Below are positions 25,812 through 34,041 of a DNA stretch of 37,733 bases, in pieces. The notes under the pieces were generated by a model that searched no databases, was not told the DNA's origin, and saw only the letters and a program-made list of their open reading frames with translations. This stretch comes from a virus (Duplodnaviria > Caudoviricetes). The stretch is taken from the IMG/VR virus record IMGVR_UViG_3300010376_000080, positions 1 to 37,733 of that record. One strand, written 5' to 3'. The translations under genes and the position numbers were made by a program. Within the stretch, counting starts at the first letter, position 1. Each line of letters begins with the position of its first letter.

Positions 25812-25936
25812 CGATGCCAGACACGGCCCCGGAGTGCAACATAGATGGTCGGGGTTGAGGCCCTGTGGCAAAAAGTACCATGCCACAACCAAACGCGGAA
25901 CGCAAGGGCTGATATTCTATCTATATTAATTCTTGG

Positions 25937-25965
25937 TTGTGTCCAGGCAATCTGCACTTTATAAT
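25937..25965 (+). promoter_or_regulatory. Rightward early promoter at the strand switch
   Basis: TTGTGT-N17-TATAAT preceded by an AT-rich tract. Confidence 0.7.
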
Positions 25966-25991
25966 AGGGGTACAGTTAAACGGAGGTTGCT

Positions 25992-26282
25992 ATGGACTTA
26001 ATGGAACAAGAACCCTGGCGCTCGGTGGTTATTTTCTTGTGTCACGACCAAGGGGATGACTTTCCGATCCCCGGTGAATTTGAATATAAACCGGGTAGAG
26101 ATAGGGACATAGTAGCTGCCGAACGCTACCTCGGTAAGCTCTGCCTCAAGTTTCTAATCGATTTTTGCTGTGCGGACCAAGATGATATTAACCGCATGAT
26201 CAGGGCCGGTGGCGAAGATGCCAAACGCGCCCACGAAATCGTGGATGATATATACCTCTTGATCATAGGAGAAGAGCCATGA
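25992..26282 (+). CDS. Hypothetical protein, 96 aa
   Basis: GGAGG RBS, first gene after the promoter. Confidence 0.7.
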   Translation: MDLMEQEPWRSVVIFLCHDQGDDFPIPGEFEYKPGRDRDIVAAERYLGKLCLKFLIDFCCADQDDINRMIRAGGEDAKRAHEIVDDIYLLIIGEEP

Positions 26283-26512
26283 GAAACAACTATCCGGTAG
26301 ACCTGCCTATTGATCGTGATGCCAAGGCTCTTGCTCGATGCCCATGCGGTGCCATTGGTCAGCATATCGTAGGGAAAGATGTTCTCTGCATGAAATGTAT
26401 GGAAAAGTGGGTGGCGAAGGCCAGAGCTACCCCGCCCAAGAGCCGAAGTGTAGCGCGGCGCCCATTTAGATCAAGCAGCGATGATGGAGGGGATGATCCC
26501 TATATAGCATGA
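26279..26512 (+). CDS. Small Cys-rich protein, 77 aa
   Basis: CPCG..CMKC motifs, ATGA coupling. Confidence 0.65.
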   Translation: MRNNYPVDLPIDRDAKALARCPCGAIGQHIVGKDVLCMKCMEKWVAKARATPPKSRSVARRPFRSSSDDGGDDPYIA

Positions 26513-26820
26513 TCCCTATCTTTGCATGGCCGGAAATGCAGTACTTCATATCTGCGTACAGAGCAGAGCTGGGGACGCGGATGCACAACAAAGCGATGCA
26601 ACGCAAACTGGAATCCGGCCATTGCATAGACGTGTCGGGATACCCACGTTATGGGGGAGCCTACATTTTGCCACAATTCTGGGATGGGAAAGACTATTGC
26701 AATGCTCAGACCGAGCGGTGGATCTGGAGCATAGGAAGACGCAGTGATGGTGTCATCCTCGCTAGTCATTCTACCGAATTTTACGGCAACGCGGAGTTCG
26801 AATGCTTATGGCTAAGATAA
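26509..26820 (+). CDS. Hypothetical protein, 103 aa
   Basis: ATGA coupling, DYC...WIWSIGR...CLWLR. Confidence 0.65.
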   Translation: MIPIFAWPEMQYFISAYRAELGTRMHNKAMQRKLESGHCIDVSGYPRYGGAYILPQFWDGKDYCNAQTERWIWSIGRRSDGVILASHSTEFYGNAEFECLWLR

Positions 26821-27206
26821 CGTGGATTGCCATTGTCGCATTTGCCGGGGTGGTCGCTTGTGGGGTCACGGCATTGCTGCCTGAGCAAGGAAGCCGATCC
26901 TATAAGTTCTTGGAACAGCCCAAGCCCGTGAAGACAACCGCGCTCCCACCAGACCCGGTGCTAGATCTGTCTAAGAACACTTCGATCCCAGTGACAGATA
27001 AGACCCCTGTGCGGACCATTTCAATCCCGAAACCAGAACCAGTAGTGACTCTGCCACCTCCGGCCACACCGGAGACAGTTATTGTCGAACGACGCATTGT
27101 CGTAGGGCATCACCACAAGGGTGGAGGAGGATGCAGACATGGGGGCACCAGAGTCGCCGGCGGGAAAGCTCCCGGCAAGACGTGGCACTGTGAGTACCAC
27201 CACTGA
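26808..27206 (+). CDS. Signal/TM-anchored Pro/Thr-rich protein
   Basis: N-terminal hydrophobic helix, P/T-rich linker, C-terminal C..HGG..V....WHC. Confidence 0.65.
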   Translation: MAKITWIAIVAFAGVVACGVTALLPEQGSRSYKFLEQPKPVKTTALPPDPVLDLSKNTSIPVTDKTPVRTISIPKPEPVVTLPPPATPETVIVERRIVVGHHHKGGGGCRHGGTRVAGGKAPGKTWHCEYHH

Positions 27207-27540
27207 TAAAGCATTCTACGGGAAGTGGAGCAAGCCCGTGAAAGAATTGTTTTCAGTTATTGCTGTGCATTCACGGGACGCACATCAGATATTAAAGCTA
27301 ATGAATCCTGGCACACAGCTATGGATGATGAAAGAAGGACACCGTAAAAATCCTAATGGCATCGGTGTATTTCACGAGAACAAGCGTTTAGGGTATCTTC
27401 CCAAGTCCATATGCGACAAGATTAGACCACTAATGGAGGCAGGCAAGTTCGTAATCTGCGTTAAGACCAAGGATGGACCAGCAACCGTGAAGTTTGTAAT
27501 AGGGGACGATAATGCTACAGGTACAGAAAAAGCAGTGTGA
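27190..27540 (+). CDS. HIRAN-domain-like protein
   Basis: L.MMKE....NPNGIGVF....RLGYLPK resembles the HIRAN signature. Start uncertain. Confidence 0.6.
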   Translation: MSTTTDKAFYGKWSKPVKELFSVIAVHSRDAHQILKLMNPGTQLWMMKEGHRKNPNGIGVFHENKRLGYLPKSICDKIRPLMEAGKFVICVKTKDGPATVKFVIGDDNATGTEKAV

Positions 27541-27811
27541 TACGTGCATCTTCAAGCAGGGTCTGGGTTGGCCTATCGAAGCTTTGTTGGACGATGTTAG
27601 AGATCCAAACATGGAAGGCCATTTTCGTGGCTATCGCATCTGCCATAGTAGCAAAACTGCGTGCTGTGCTGGATTCTGGGCTCGATACAAGGATAACTTT
27701 GATCTGGGGCAAGTGGCTCAACGACTTGGGTTTGTGGAATATGTGGTTCACAAGGAGAAACCATGGGAAGACGTGGTGACGGAAGTAACGATCTCCGTAG
27801 TACAGCCGTAA
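27512..27811 (+). CDS. Cys/His-rich protein (CxxC..CH..CAG, DUF6283-like)
   Basis: KKQCDTCIF...ICH....CCAGF motifs. Confidence 0.6.
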   Translation: MLQVQKKQCDTCIFKQGLGWPIEALLDDVRDPNMEGHFRGYRICHSSKTACCAGFWARYKDNFDLGQVAQRLGFVEYVVHKEKPWEDVVTEVTISVVQP

Positions 27812-27831
27812 AGCAACGTGAAGATGTAGAA

Positions 27832-28128
27832 ATGGAACGGTATCGTGAAGCACAGGATGCCCATGGCACCGCAGATCGGATCTATGCAGCAATAGCGAAA
27901 CACACGACCGAGCAGCAGCGGCGAAGTATTATGATTGATTTGTTAACGGTTACTGATCCAAGTCATCGTGATATTATTAGCCGATTGGTTGCGGTTCACA
28001 ATGCAGGGGTGAGAGGGGAACCGATTACTACTCAGTCCCGTATATTTACACGAGTTGCCAAAATTAAACCTGGACCACGGCCCAAAGCTAAAAAGACTAA
28101 TGCATCCCCTAAAACTGGTGTGGCATAA
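27832..28128 (+). CDS. Hypothetical protein with basic C-terminus
   Basis: Fills the operon gap. Start uncertain. Confidence 0.55.
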   Translation: MERYREAQDAHGTADRIYAAIAKHTTEQQRRSIMIDLLTVTDPSHRDIISRLVAVHNAGVRGEPITTQSRIFTRVAKIKPGPRPKAKKTNASPKTGVA

Positions 28129-28191
28129 TAACGCACTTAAAAACTGCTAAGGGAGATTCAAACCTTAACCCGGGGACAGGGGTAATGTGAC

Positions 28192-28461
28192 ATGGGCGAA
28201 GTTATCAGCTTCAAATACGGAGTACAAAACGTAGATGAATACATGGAATTGGTAGAAACTGCAGAAAGGTATATAGCAGAACTGCGCGTTCTTCGGATTA
28301 AGCGCGGCACGGTCAAGGGGGACTTAGCTAAAGCCGAAAGTATCCTCAAAGAAATCAAATTCTGTGCTCGGTTTAGCCCCACGTTTCGAGAGCTGAGCGT
28401 AGGCGAGTTAGAGAGCATTCTCGACGAGTTGTATGTGGAGTTAAACGAGGGGGAACCGTAA
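28192..28461 (+). CDS. Hypothetical helical protein, 89 aa
   Basis: Non-overlapping ORF in the operon direction. Confidence 0.65.
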   Translation: MGEVISFKYGVQNVDEYMELVETAERYIAELRVLRIKRGTVKGDLAKAESILKEIKFCARFSPTFRELSVGELESILDELYVELNEGEP

Positions 28462-28468
28462 CTCCAGG

Positions 28469-28497
28469 TTGTATTCGTGGCTTCCTTGCCTTATAAT
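28469..28497 (+). promoter_or_regulatory. sigma70-like promoter, probably giving a leaderless mRNA
   Basis: TTGTAT-N17-TATAAT, with only 5 nt before the ATG at 28503 and no RBS. Confidence 0.7.
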
Positions 28498-28502
28498 AGC
28501 CT

Positions 28503-28748
28503 ATGTGGTACAACCTGAGAAATATACCCGAAGGCTACCGGATGGTAAAGTTTAGTGAGCACCTGGAAATCGAGGCGATATACACTATCCGGTATAGCCG
28601 GGGTAAGTTCTCCTGCGAATGTCCTCAGGGCACCAAATCACCGACGTGTCGTCATCGGGAGATGGTGCCTATATTCTGTCAGCATAGGGCCGTGGATAGT
28701 GGCAAGTTCTATTGTTACGATACAGGGAATTGGCATTCAGCATTGTAA
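28503..28748 (+). CDS. SWIM-type zinc finger protein
   Basis: Y.I......FSCECP......TCRH (CxCx8CxH). Confidence 0.7.
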   Translation: MWYNLRNIPEGYRMVKFSEHLEIEAIYTIRYSRGKFSCECPQGTKSPTCRHREMVPIFCQHRAVDSGKFYCYDTGNWHSAL

Positions 28749-28770
28749 TCCATACTCATCCTGCTATAAT
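28743..28770 (+). promoter_or_regulatory. sigma70-like promoter
   Basis: TTGTAA-N16-TATAAT with extended -10 TG. Confidence 0.6.
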
Positions 28771-28811
28771 GGTTGCAAGGTACGGGGCTAAGATGTTAAA
28801 GGATACGTGCT

Positions 28812-29282
28812 ATGAAGAGGTTGCTTTTAGCGAGCGCAGCGGTCGTATTCGCGACCGGGGCGCAAGCGAACGGTTGGATGCGTAACTTCTGCACTGACCC
28901 AACTGGTCTGAACATTCGGAGCGGCACCAATATGGACTTCCCCATTCACGGTGCCATCCCTCCGGGCGAATTTGTAATGACCGGGCAGTGCAAAGATATG
29001 ACCCCATGGTGGAATGGGCGGCAGTTTGTCGTCGGTGCCCCATGGTGCCACGTGAACTACCATGGCATTGTCGGGTGGGCTTCCACCTCGTGCCTTGAGC
29101 CAGCAGCAGCGGAAATCGCCGCTCCTGTGGTGCCTGCTCCCGGGTATGCGGGGCCAGTTGTCACTCAGCAACAGGCCAATCCTACCATTATCGTGCAGCC
29201 GCAAATCACGGTTCCGGCACCGGTGATCATTGCACCTACCGACAGCTCCAAAACTGTCACGCAAGGTGCAGAAAAGAACTAG
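28812..29282 (+). CDS. Secreted SH3b-domain protein
   Basis: Signal peptide ending AQA. LNIRSG....PI.GAIPPG...C...WCHVNY.G..GW.S..L pattern. Confidence 0.8.
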   Translation: MKRLLLASAAVVFATGAQANGWMRNFCTDPTGLNIRSGTNMDFPIHGAIPPGEFVMTGQCKDMTPWWNGRQFVVGAPWCHVNYHGIVGWASTSCLEPAAAEIAAPVVPAPGYAGPVVTQQQANPTIIVQPQITVPAPVIIAPTDSSKTVTQGAEKN

Positions 29283-29312
29283 GGGCCGCGCATCGTAGTC
29301 CCTGGGCGAGCT

Positions 29313-29379
29313 GGGGTGGGCCACAGTGATCCCGCGTTGTGGGGCGTGAGCCGGGGGAGTCAGCACCTCCCCCACCCCA
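29313..29379 (+). ncRNA. Cloverleaf-like structured intergenic RNA (not a canonical tRNA)
   Basis: 7-bp GGGGTGG/CCACCCC plus A, 8-bp arm CCACAGTG/CGTTGTGG, GGC-GTGA-GCC, and a 5-bp/7-nt arm GGGAG-TCAGCAC-CTCCC. Confidence 0.45.
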
Positions 29380-29393
29380 ACTAGGAGGTTTAT

Positions 29394-29576
29394 ATGGATT
29401 GGGTTTTACTCGCAATCTTAAACGGCGCTTTAGTGATTAGTGGGTGGCCGGGCGAAGCCACTTGCAATGATCAGGCCAAGCGACTTGTCGAAGGCCACAA
29501 GTTTCAAGAGGCCAAGTGTATTCATATGGATCACACTTTCGACGATGGTCGTTATCTTAAGTGGATTGTACGGTAA
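29394..29576 (+). CDS. Hypothetical protein, 60 aa
   Basis: AGGAGG RBS. Confidence 0.7.
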   Translation: MDWVLLAILNGALVISGWPGEATCNDQAKRLVEGHKFQEAKCIHMDHTFDDGRYLKWIVR

Positions 29577-29857
29577 TGCGTATCACGTATCGGTTTATCG
29601 TTTGTCCATTTTGTATCCACCAGATGTGTTGGACCAGTGCTCGGCTGCCCAACTACTGCCCGGAGTGTGGCAGGCTGATTATCGCCGAGCTAAGAAAAAC
29701 GAAAATCATCCCGGAGGCTCGTGATGCGTATCTACTCAACGACGTGGTGGCGAAGAAGAAGGCGGTATCACCGTCTACTAGAGATGAGGGAGAATCGCAT
29801 GGTGTTAGAAAACAAAGAAAAGCGCAGTGTGGAAGAGCACGCGGTAGCGGCACTTGA
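29576..29857 (+). CDS. Zinc-ribbon protein
   Basis: CPFC...PNYCPECG motifs, TAATG coupling. Confidence 0.65.
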   Translation: MRITYRFIVCPFCIHQMCWTSARLPNYCPECGRLIIAELRKTKIIPEARDAYLLNDVVAKKKAVSPSTRDEGESHGVRKQRKAQCGRARGSGT

Positions 29858-29963
29858 AGACTATGAAAATAAGACTGTGCCCGCGTACCTGAAGGCCGTA
29901 ATGATCTGGTTGGGGAAACATAAGGGGGAAAAAGATGCTCTGCGACGAACTGGCTCACGATGA
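29799..29963 (+). CDS. Hypothetical protein, 54 aa
   Basis: GAGGGAG RBS before MVLENK. Confidence 0.55.
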   Translation: MVLENKEKRSVEEHAVAALEDYENKTVPAYLKAVMIWLGKHKGEKDALRRTGSR

Positions 29964-30867
29964 GCTAATGCGAAGTTGCATTCAAGGTTCTGCTCAGTAT
30001 CAACGTGCAATTCTGGCCTCAGAAAAGTTTGTTCTGGGGCCAGACTTCGCGTTGGCTGCCGATGGATTAGTGGAAAACTACAAAGAGTTAGAGCGTATTG
30101 CTCCGTGGTGCCGATTGCCACATCCACTGTGTTGGTTCGAAGTGAGCCATGCTGACCGGGAGTTGTGGAAGGCTCGTTCTACTTTTCACTTCCCGGAGGA
30201 GCAGTTTCCACCTTCGAGAGTGGGCTACCTGCTCAAGCAAAAGGGCGATAATGCTGCTGATTTTGATGCCTATTTGTTCTGGTCACTAACCGATTTTACG
30301 AACAACGGTGGCCGACATAATATGAGTGATGGTATGGTCCATTACGACTTTACCCGGACACCTGTGCCAGATACCGAAGAATTACCGGTAGACCCTAAGT
30401 TCCCTATGTATGAAGGGCGCACACACCTAGGATGCTATGTCGATCTGGGTATGGCCCGCATCAGTCGCATGTTTCGCGATATAAAGGTCACACCAGAGCA
30501 TGTTGCTGATCTGGTGCGTAGCGATTGGGCTGGTGAGATACGCTACATCATTGCAATACTTGGGCTGATTAATGCCAAGAATGTATATGAAACAGGCGAT
30601 CCTATATATCGCAACCTGGATAAGATGAATAAGAAGCGTGTGCAGCAAGGGAAACACCCACTCGCTCCGCACACGCTACTTAAGATCAGAGCAATACACA
30701 AGGATAGCCTGGTGAACCGGAGGGCGGGTACCGCTACCGAAATACGCGGGCGCTTTGTTCGTGGGCACTTTAAGACACGTAAAACGGGTATCTTCTGGTG
30801 GTCTCGGCATTGGCGTGGACCGCACGACAACCCAGCCGAACCCCGACCATATAAGGTGGTGACATGA
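29935..30867 (+). CDS. Conserved phage protein with C-terminal VRGHF...W...HWRG motif, 310 aa
   Basis: RLPHP.CWFE N-terminal motif and RGRFVRGHFKTRKTGIFWWSRHWRG C-terminal motif. Confidence 0.8.
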   Translation: MLCDELAHDELMRSCIQGSAQYQRAILASEKFVLGPDFALAADGLVENYKELERIAPWCRLPHPLCWFEVSHADRELWKARSTFHFPEEQFPPSRVGYLLKQKGDNAADFDAYLFWSLTDFTNNGGRHNMSDGMVHYDFTRTPVPDTEELPVDPKFPMYEGRTHLGCYVDLGMARISRMFRDIKVTPEHVADLVRSDWAGEIRYIIAILGLINAKNVYETGDPIYRNLDKMNKKRVQQGKHPLAPHTLLKIRAIHKDSLVNRRAGTATEIRGRFVRGHFKTRKTGIFWWSRHWRGPHDNPAEPRPYKVVT

Positions 30868-31067
30868 AAATCACAGACCGCAGCTACCGTGTCATAAACC
30901 CAAGCACCGAGGAAATAGCCGCGGAGATGGGTGGCACTGATTTTAGCGTCGCTATCGCCCTCTGCAACAAGCTTGCCGAAGAAACTAAGACACTCTGGCA
31001 GGTCCAAGAGACAAGAGTAATATATTCGCGTGATCCAAGCGGGAGTGGACACCATGCCCCCAAGTGA
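30864..31067 (+). CDS. Hypothetical protein, 67 aa
   Basis: ATGA coupling. Resembles 25338-25505. Confidence 0.65.
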   Translation: MKITDRSYRVINPSTEEIAAEMGGTDFSVAIALCNKLAEETKTLWQVQETRVIYSRDPSGSGHHAPK

Positions 31068-31221
31068 GCAACAGCTTCTTGAACTTCTCGCCGAGGCCGT
31101 AGAACTGATTGAGAATAGAACTTCGCCTGGGTGTGAATGTCTCTCGTGTGTAGCTGAACAGAAATGGCTAAGGAGGTACCGTGAAGAAACTCAGCCAAAA
31201 GACCCGTCGTCACTTAATTAG
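31054..31221 (+). CDS. Small Cys-containing protein
   Basis: GGGAG RBS, CECLSC. Confidence 0.55.
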   Translation: MPPSEQQLLELLAEAVELIENRTSPGCECLSCVAEQKWLRRYREETQPKDPSSLN

Positions 31222-31375
31222 GAAGGCCCGGAGAGGCAATGCTCCGGCTAAGCAGCGCATTGAGCGAGTCCTTACGCCAGATCAACAAGCTGCGTGGAAC
31301 TGGCGTTATAATCGCATCTACAACCTCGTCTTCGGTCATGGTCTGGGGCAAGTGGAAACTCTGCCAAAATCGTAA
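31181..31375 (+). CDS. Basic hypothetical protein, 64 aa
   Basis: AAGGAGG RBS before GTG. Confidence 0.65.
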   Translation: MKKLSQKTRRHLIRKARRGNAPAKQRIERVLTPDQQAAWNWRYNRIYNLVFGHGLGQVETLPKS

Positions 31376-31538
31376 CACAATCTAGCTGTATAACGGCCAT
31401 ATCTTTGTGGCTTTCCGTACCTGCTTGTGGTAATATGCTGACGGTACGGGGGTTTTAAAGGATGTGTGCCATGAACAACCAAAAATCTGGTGAAGGTGAC
31501 CTTGAAGGTGGGGAGTCAGGACCGGAAAATGCCTAGCC

Positions 31539-31739
31539 ATGGATTTAACCCCAATGGACCTCTCACAATGCTTAGCCATGGCGAGTCTTGTAGGATTCTG
31601 GATCAATGCTACTATGCCGAAAATCCCGGGTCTGCGAGATGTGTGGTGGGGTGCGATGATAATGTTCCTGCTATGTTGTCTGGCAGCAGGAATAATAAGA
31701 CCAGACCTGCTTGGGTTCGGTTCATCCCATATGGGCTGA
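31539..31739 (+). CDS. Small two-TM membrane protein
   Basis: Two hydrophobic segments, TGATG coupling to the next ORF. Confidence 0.5.
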   Translation: MDLTPMDLSQCLAMASLVGFWINATMPKIPGLRDVWWGAMIMFLLCCLAAGIIRPDLLGFGSSHMG

Positions 31740-31879
31740 TGGCGGTTGCATTCGTGGCCGCTATGGGCTGGATCTGTATCTACGGCCACGTCTGGGCCGT
31801 ATCACATGAACCGGTGGAAGGTGGCTTGTTTGACGATTACGTTGAACTCCTACTCAGGGTGCTACGTGGTGATACTTGA
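31739..31879 (+). CDS. Small membrane protein, 46 aa
   Basis: TGATG coupling, hydrophobic N-terminus. It is the 3' part of track ORF 31490-31879. Confidence 0.45.
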   Translation: MAVAFVAAMGWICIYGHVWAVSHEPVEGGLFDDYVELLLRVLRGDT

Positions 31880-32096
31880 CATCAAACTGCCACCTAAACA
31901 TCGGCATCGTGTAAGAAACCGGAACCGCGCCGAGTGGCGCGGTTCCGACGATGCTGTGACATGGACTCAGTGGTACCCACTCTATAGTAAGGATATGCTC
32001 GTTCTACATTACAATTACTATCAAGCCAGGATTGAAGTCTGTGGAGAATGGTTTACCTCCCCTATTACTTTTCGTGATAATTTATTTAAATTCTAA
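31869..32096 (+). CDS. Hypothetical protein, ~75 aa
   Basis: GTG start overlapping the upstream gene end. Confidence 0.5.
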   Translation: MILDIKLPPKHRHRVRNRNRAEWRGSDDAVTWTQWYPLYSKDMLVLHYNYYQARIEVCGEWFTSPITFRDNLFKF

Positions 32097-32097
32097 G

Positions 32098-32126
32098 TTG
32101 TATCCACCACATCTTCATAGTACCTT
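32098..32126 (+). promoter_or_regulatory. Early-family promoter
   Basis: TTGTAT-N17-TACCTT, with cttcatag before -10. Confidence 0.55.
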
Positions 32127-32161
32127 ACACTGTGGCAACAACGCCACAGAAGGAGGTTGCT

Positions 32162-32461
32162 ATGAGGAAACAGCTCCTGTCGCTACTAATAGCGGCTCAG
32201 CCGGGGTGTGTCTTCTATATGGATGGGCACACGGTCGCTGCTGAATCTGTGCCGCGGCCCCGGCCCAATTTCGAAATGTCGGAGCAAATTCACCAACCGA
32301 TCTACATGTGGAGCTGCAACGGAACGACATGCACTCCGCCTGAACCGGGTGCTCACTGGCATCTCGGCGAGGGTAACTTCGGTGCTACTCTCAGTAAGAT
32401 CGGGCTCGTGTGTTCACACCAATGCTGGAAACTTACCGGATGTCGAACCTATTGTTGGTGA
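32162..32461 (+). CDS. Cys-rich, possibly exported protein, 99 aa
   Basis: AAGGAGG RBS, seven Cys. Confidence 0.65.
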   Translation: MRKQLLSLLIAAQPGCVFYMDGHTVAAESVPRPRPNFEMSEQIHQPIYMWSCNGTTCTPPEPGAHWHLGEGNFGATLSKIGLVCSHQCWKLTGCRTYCW

Positions 32462-32646
32462 AACAGTTTGTGGCGACACACTTCGACGTGGTGTGGGCTT
32501 GGATACAGTTCGGCACATTGGCCGCCTATATCACGGTCCATGCCGCGTGGACAAACCGCCACGAGAAGCGCCTTCGGGCTCTAGAGGAGCGGAAGCAATG
32601 GCATCTGCCATCTATATCGCAATTGGAGCCGCCATCGGCTGGATAG
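32458..32646 (+). CDS. Small membrane protein
   Basis: GTGA coupling, hydrophobic segment followed by HEKRLRALEE. Confidence 0.5.
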   Translation: MKQFVATHFDVVWAWIQFGTLAAYITVHAAWTNRHEKRLRALEERKQWHLPSISQLEPPSAG

Positions 32647-32708
32647 CCAGGAGCCATTTCATTAACCGAGCCTATAAGAAGGCCCGTCGTATACAGGGGA
32701 GGAGGTGA
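32598..32708 (+). CDS. Single-TM peptide, 36 aa
   Basis: GAGGAG RBS, MASAIYIAIGAAIGWIARS followed by a basic tail. Confidence 0.55.
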   Translation: MASAIYIAIGAAIGWIARSHFINRAYKKARRIQGRR

Positions 32709-32876
32709 TAAGAAAGATAGGGATATCTTCATGTTGCGTAATAGCCACATCTCCGCCTAAAATGTGGTATCCTTGCATAAACCATTTGCATTCCAGCCAA
32801 AAATATGCCATCGTTAGGCCACGTTACGGGGGCATCCTCACCTACACTGTAATCTGCACAAATAAGGGGACACTTT

Positions 32877-33623
32877 ATGCAGAAGCTGAGACTATCTCTA
32901 TTGGTCGGGATCGTTACGATCCCAACAATGGTACAGGCACAGACAGCGACTGGAGTTGGCGTAGGGGTTGCCAACTCTAGGTCTAATTCTGCGGCTGCAT
33001 CTCGTTCAAACGCGGTTGCTATCTCTGGGCAAGGTGGAAGGGGCGGCAACGCTCGCTCCAATGCCACGGCTACCGGCAATGGAAACTCCACTGTCAACAT
33101 TGGTGGGGCCACGACTCCAGCATTTTCGGCACAAGATATCAATCAACATGGGTCCATCAGCAACGTCCCCAATGCCTATGCTCCAGGGCTAACCGCAGCA
33201 GGATTGGAAACGTGTCTTGGATCTGTTAGCCTCGGGGCCTCGTGGCTTGGCACTGGAATTACAGGTGGTGGAACTATTCCAGACGCGGGCTGTTCAGCGC
33301 GATTAGATGCGCGCACGCTCTGGAGCTTCAATTTGAAGAAGGCCGCAATTGCCCGGCTATGTCTCATGCCCGACATATACAATTCGATGCCTGAGGTGTG
33401 CCAGCAATATCTGCCTCACTATGCAGTCACGACTGTGTCAGTTTCGCCGGCAGGGTACGGTGAATACCGACCTGCATCCGAGGCGGACTACCAACAATAT
33501 TCCGGCGGCCCTGTTGAGGTGTACGACAGGAAAGGTCGCCTCCGCACTTGCAACGACTATGACGTTACCGAGCGACGCTGCCGCGCTTGGGCTCGTTCTG
33601 CGTCTATCTCACGGCAGCCATAA
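32877..33623 (+). CDS. Secreted protein with a G/S/N/A low-complexity region and a Cys-containing domain, 248 aa
   Basis: Signal peptide ending VQA. VP.A.AP....ETCLGSVS.G...G..GGT..D..C..R..A.TL...AA...LC pattern. Confidence 0.75.
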   Translation: MQKLRLSLLVGIVTIPTMVQAQTATGVGVGVANSRSNSAAASRSNAVAISGQGGRGGNARSNATATGNGNSTVNIGGATTPAFSAQDINQHGSISNVPNAYAPGLTAAGLETCLGSVSLGASWLGTGITGGGTIPDAGCSARLDARTLWSFNLKKAAIARLCLMPDIYNSMPEVCQQYLPHYAVTTVSVSPAGYGEYRPASEADYQQYSGGPVEVYDRKGRLRTCNDYDVTERRCRAWARSASISRQP

Positions 33624-33633
33624 GGAGTACGGT

Positions 33634-34002
33634 ATGAAGTTCCTGACTATCGCTCTGTTAGCTACGACCGCGGCCTTTGTCCCTCCGGGGGCCAAGGCTG
33701 CTTCCACTCTCGCCATTGGCACTGGTTTCTCAACTGGAACCGCGGCCACGACTCAACATGCTGCAACAACTGGAACCGCGGCAGCGGGTGGTCTTTCTAC
33801 CGCCACCACGACCCAGATGGGCGCTGGTATCGCAGTCAACTCTCCTGTTGGCAGCACCTCCGCTGGTATTGGAGCATCGGCGGGCAACGCGGGCTCAATT
33901 AACGGTGCTTTCAGCATCGGTAACGGGACCGCCAACAGCAATGGTGCCGGAGCCCAGGTCGGCGTCGGTGTGGGCGCTGGGTTCACCAACGTCCTCCCTT
34001 AA
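33634..34002 (+). CDS. Secreted G/A/T/S/N-rich protein, 122 aa
   Basis: AAGGAG RBS, signal peptide ending AKA. The mature part has no D, E, K or R and shows alternating G-x patterns. Confidence 0.75.
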   Translation: MKFLTIALLATTAAFVPPGAKAASTLAIGTGFSTGTAATTQHAATTGTAAAGGLSTATTTQMGAGIAVNSPVGSTSAGIGASAGNAGSINGAFSIGNGTANSNGAGAQVGVGVGAGFTNVLP

Positions 34003-34041
34003 TTTGGTGGAAGCTTAACGAGGAAGATTTACCGCCTCGTT

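Noticed and set aside
25860-25990. Lysogeny switch (cI/cro) at the divergent promoters
   Set aside because: The flanking ORFs show no HTH or peptidase motifs, and no integrase is in the window.
29313-29379. Canonical tRNA gene
   Set aside because: No TTCRA loop, D arm or 7-nt anticodon loop. Kept only as a tRNA-like structure.
33349-33633. 5' extension of the 217-aa track ORF
   Set aside because: It overlaps the upstream gene. The RBS and signal peptide start at 33634.
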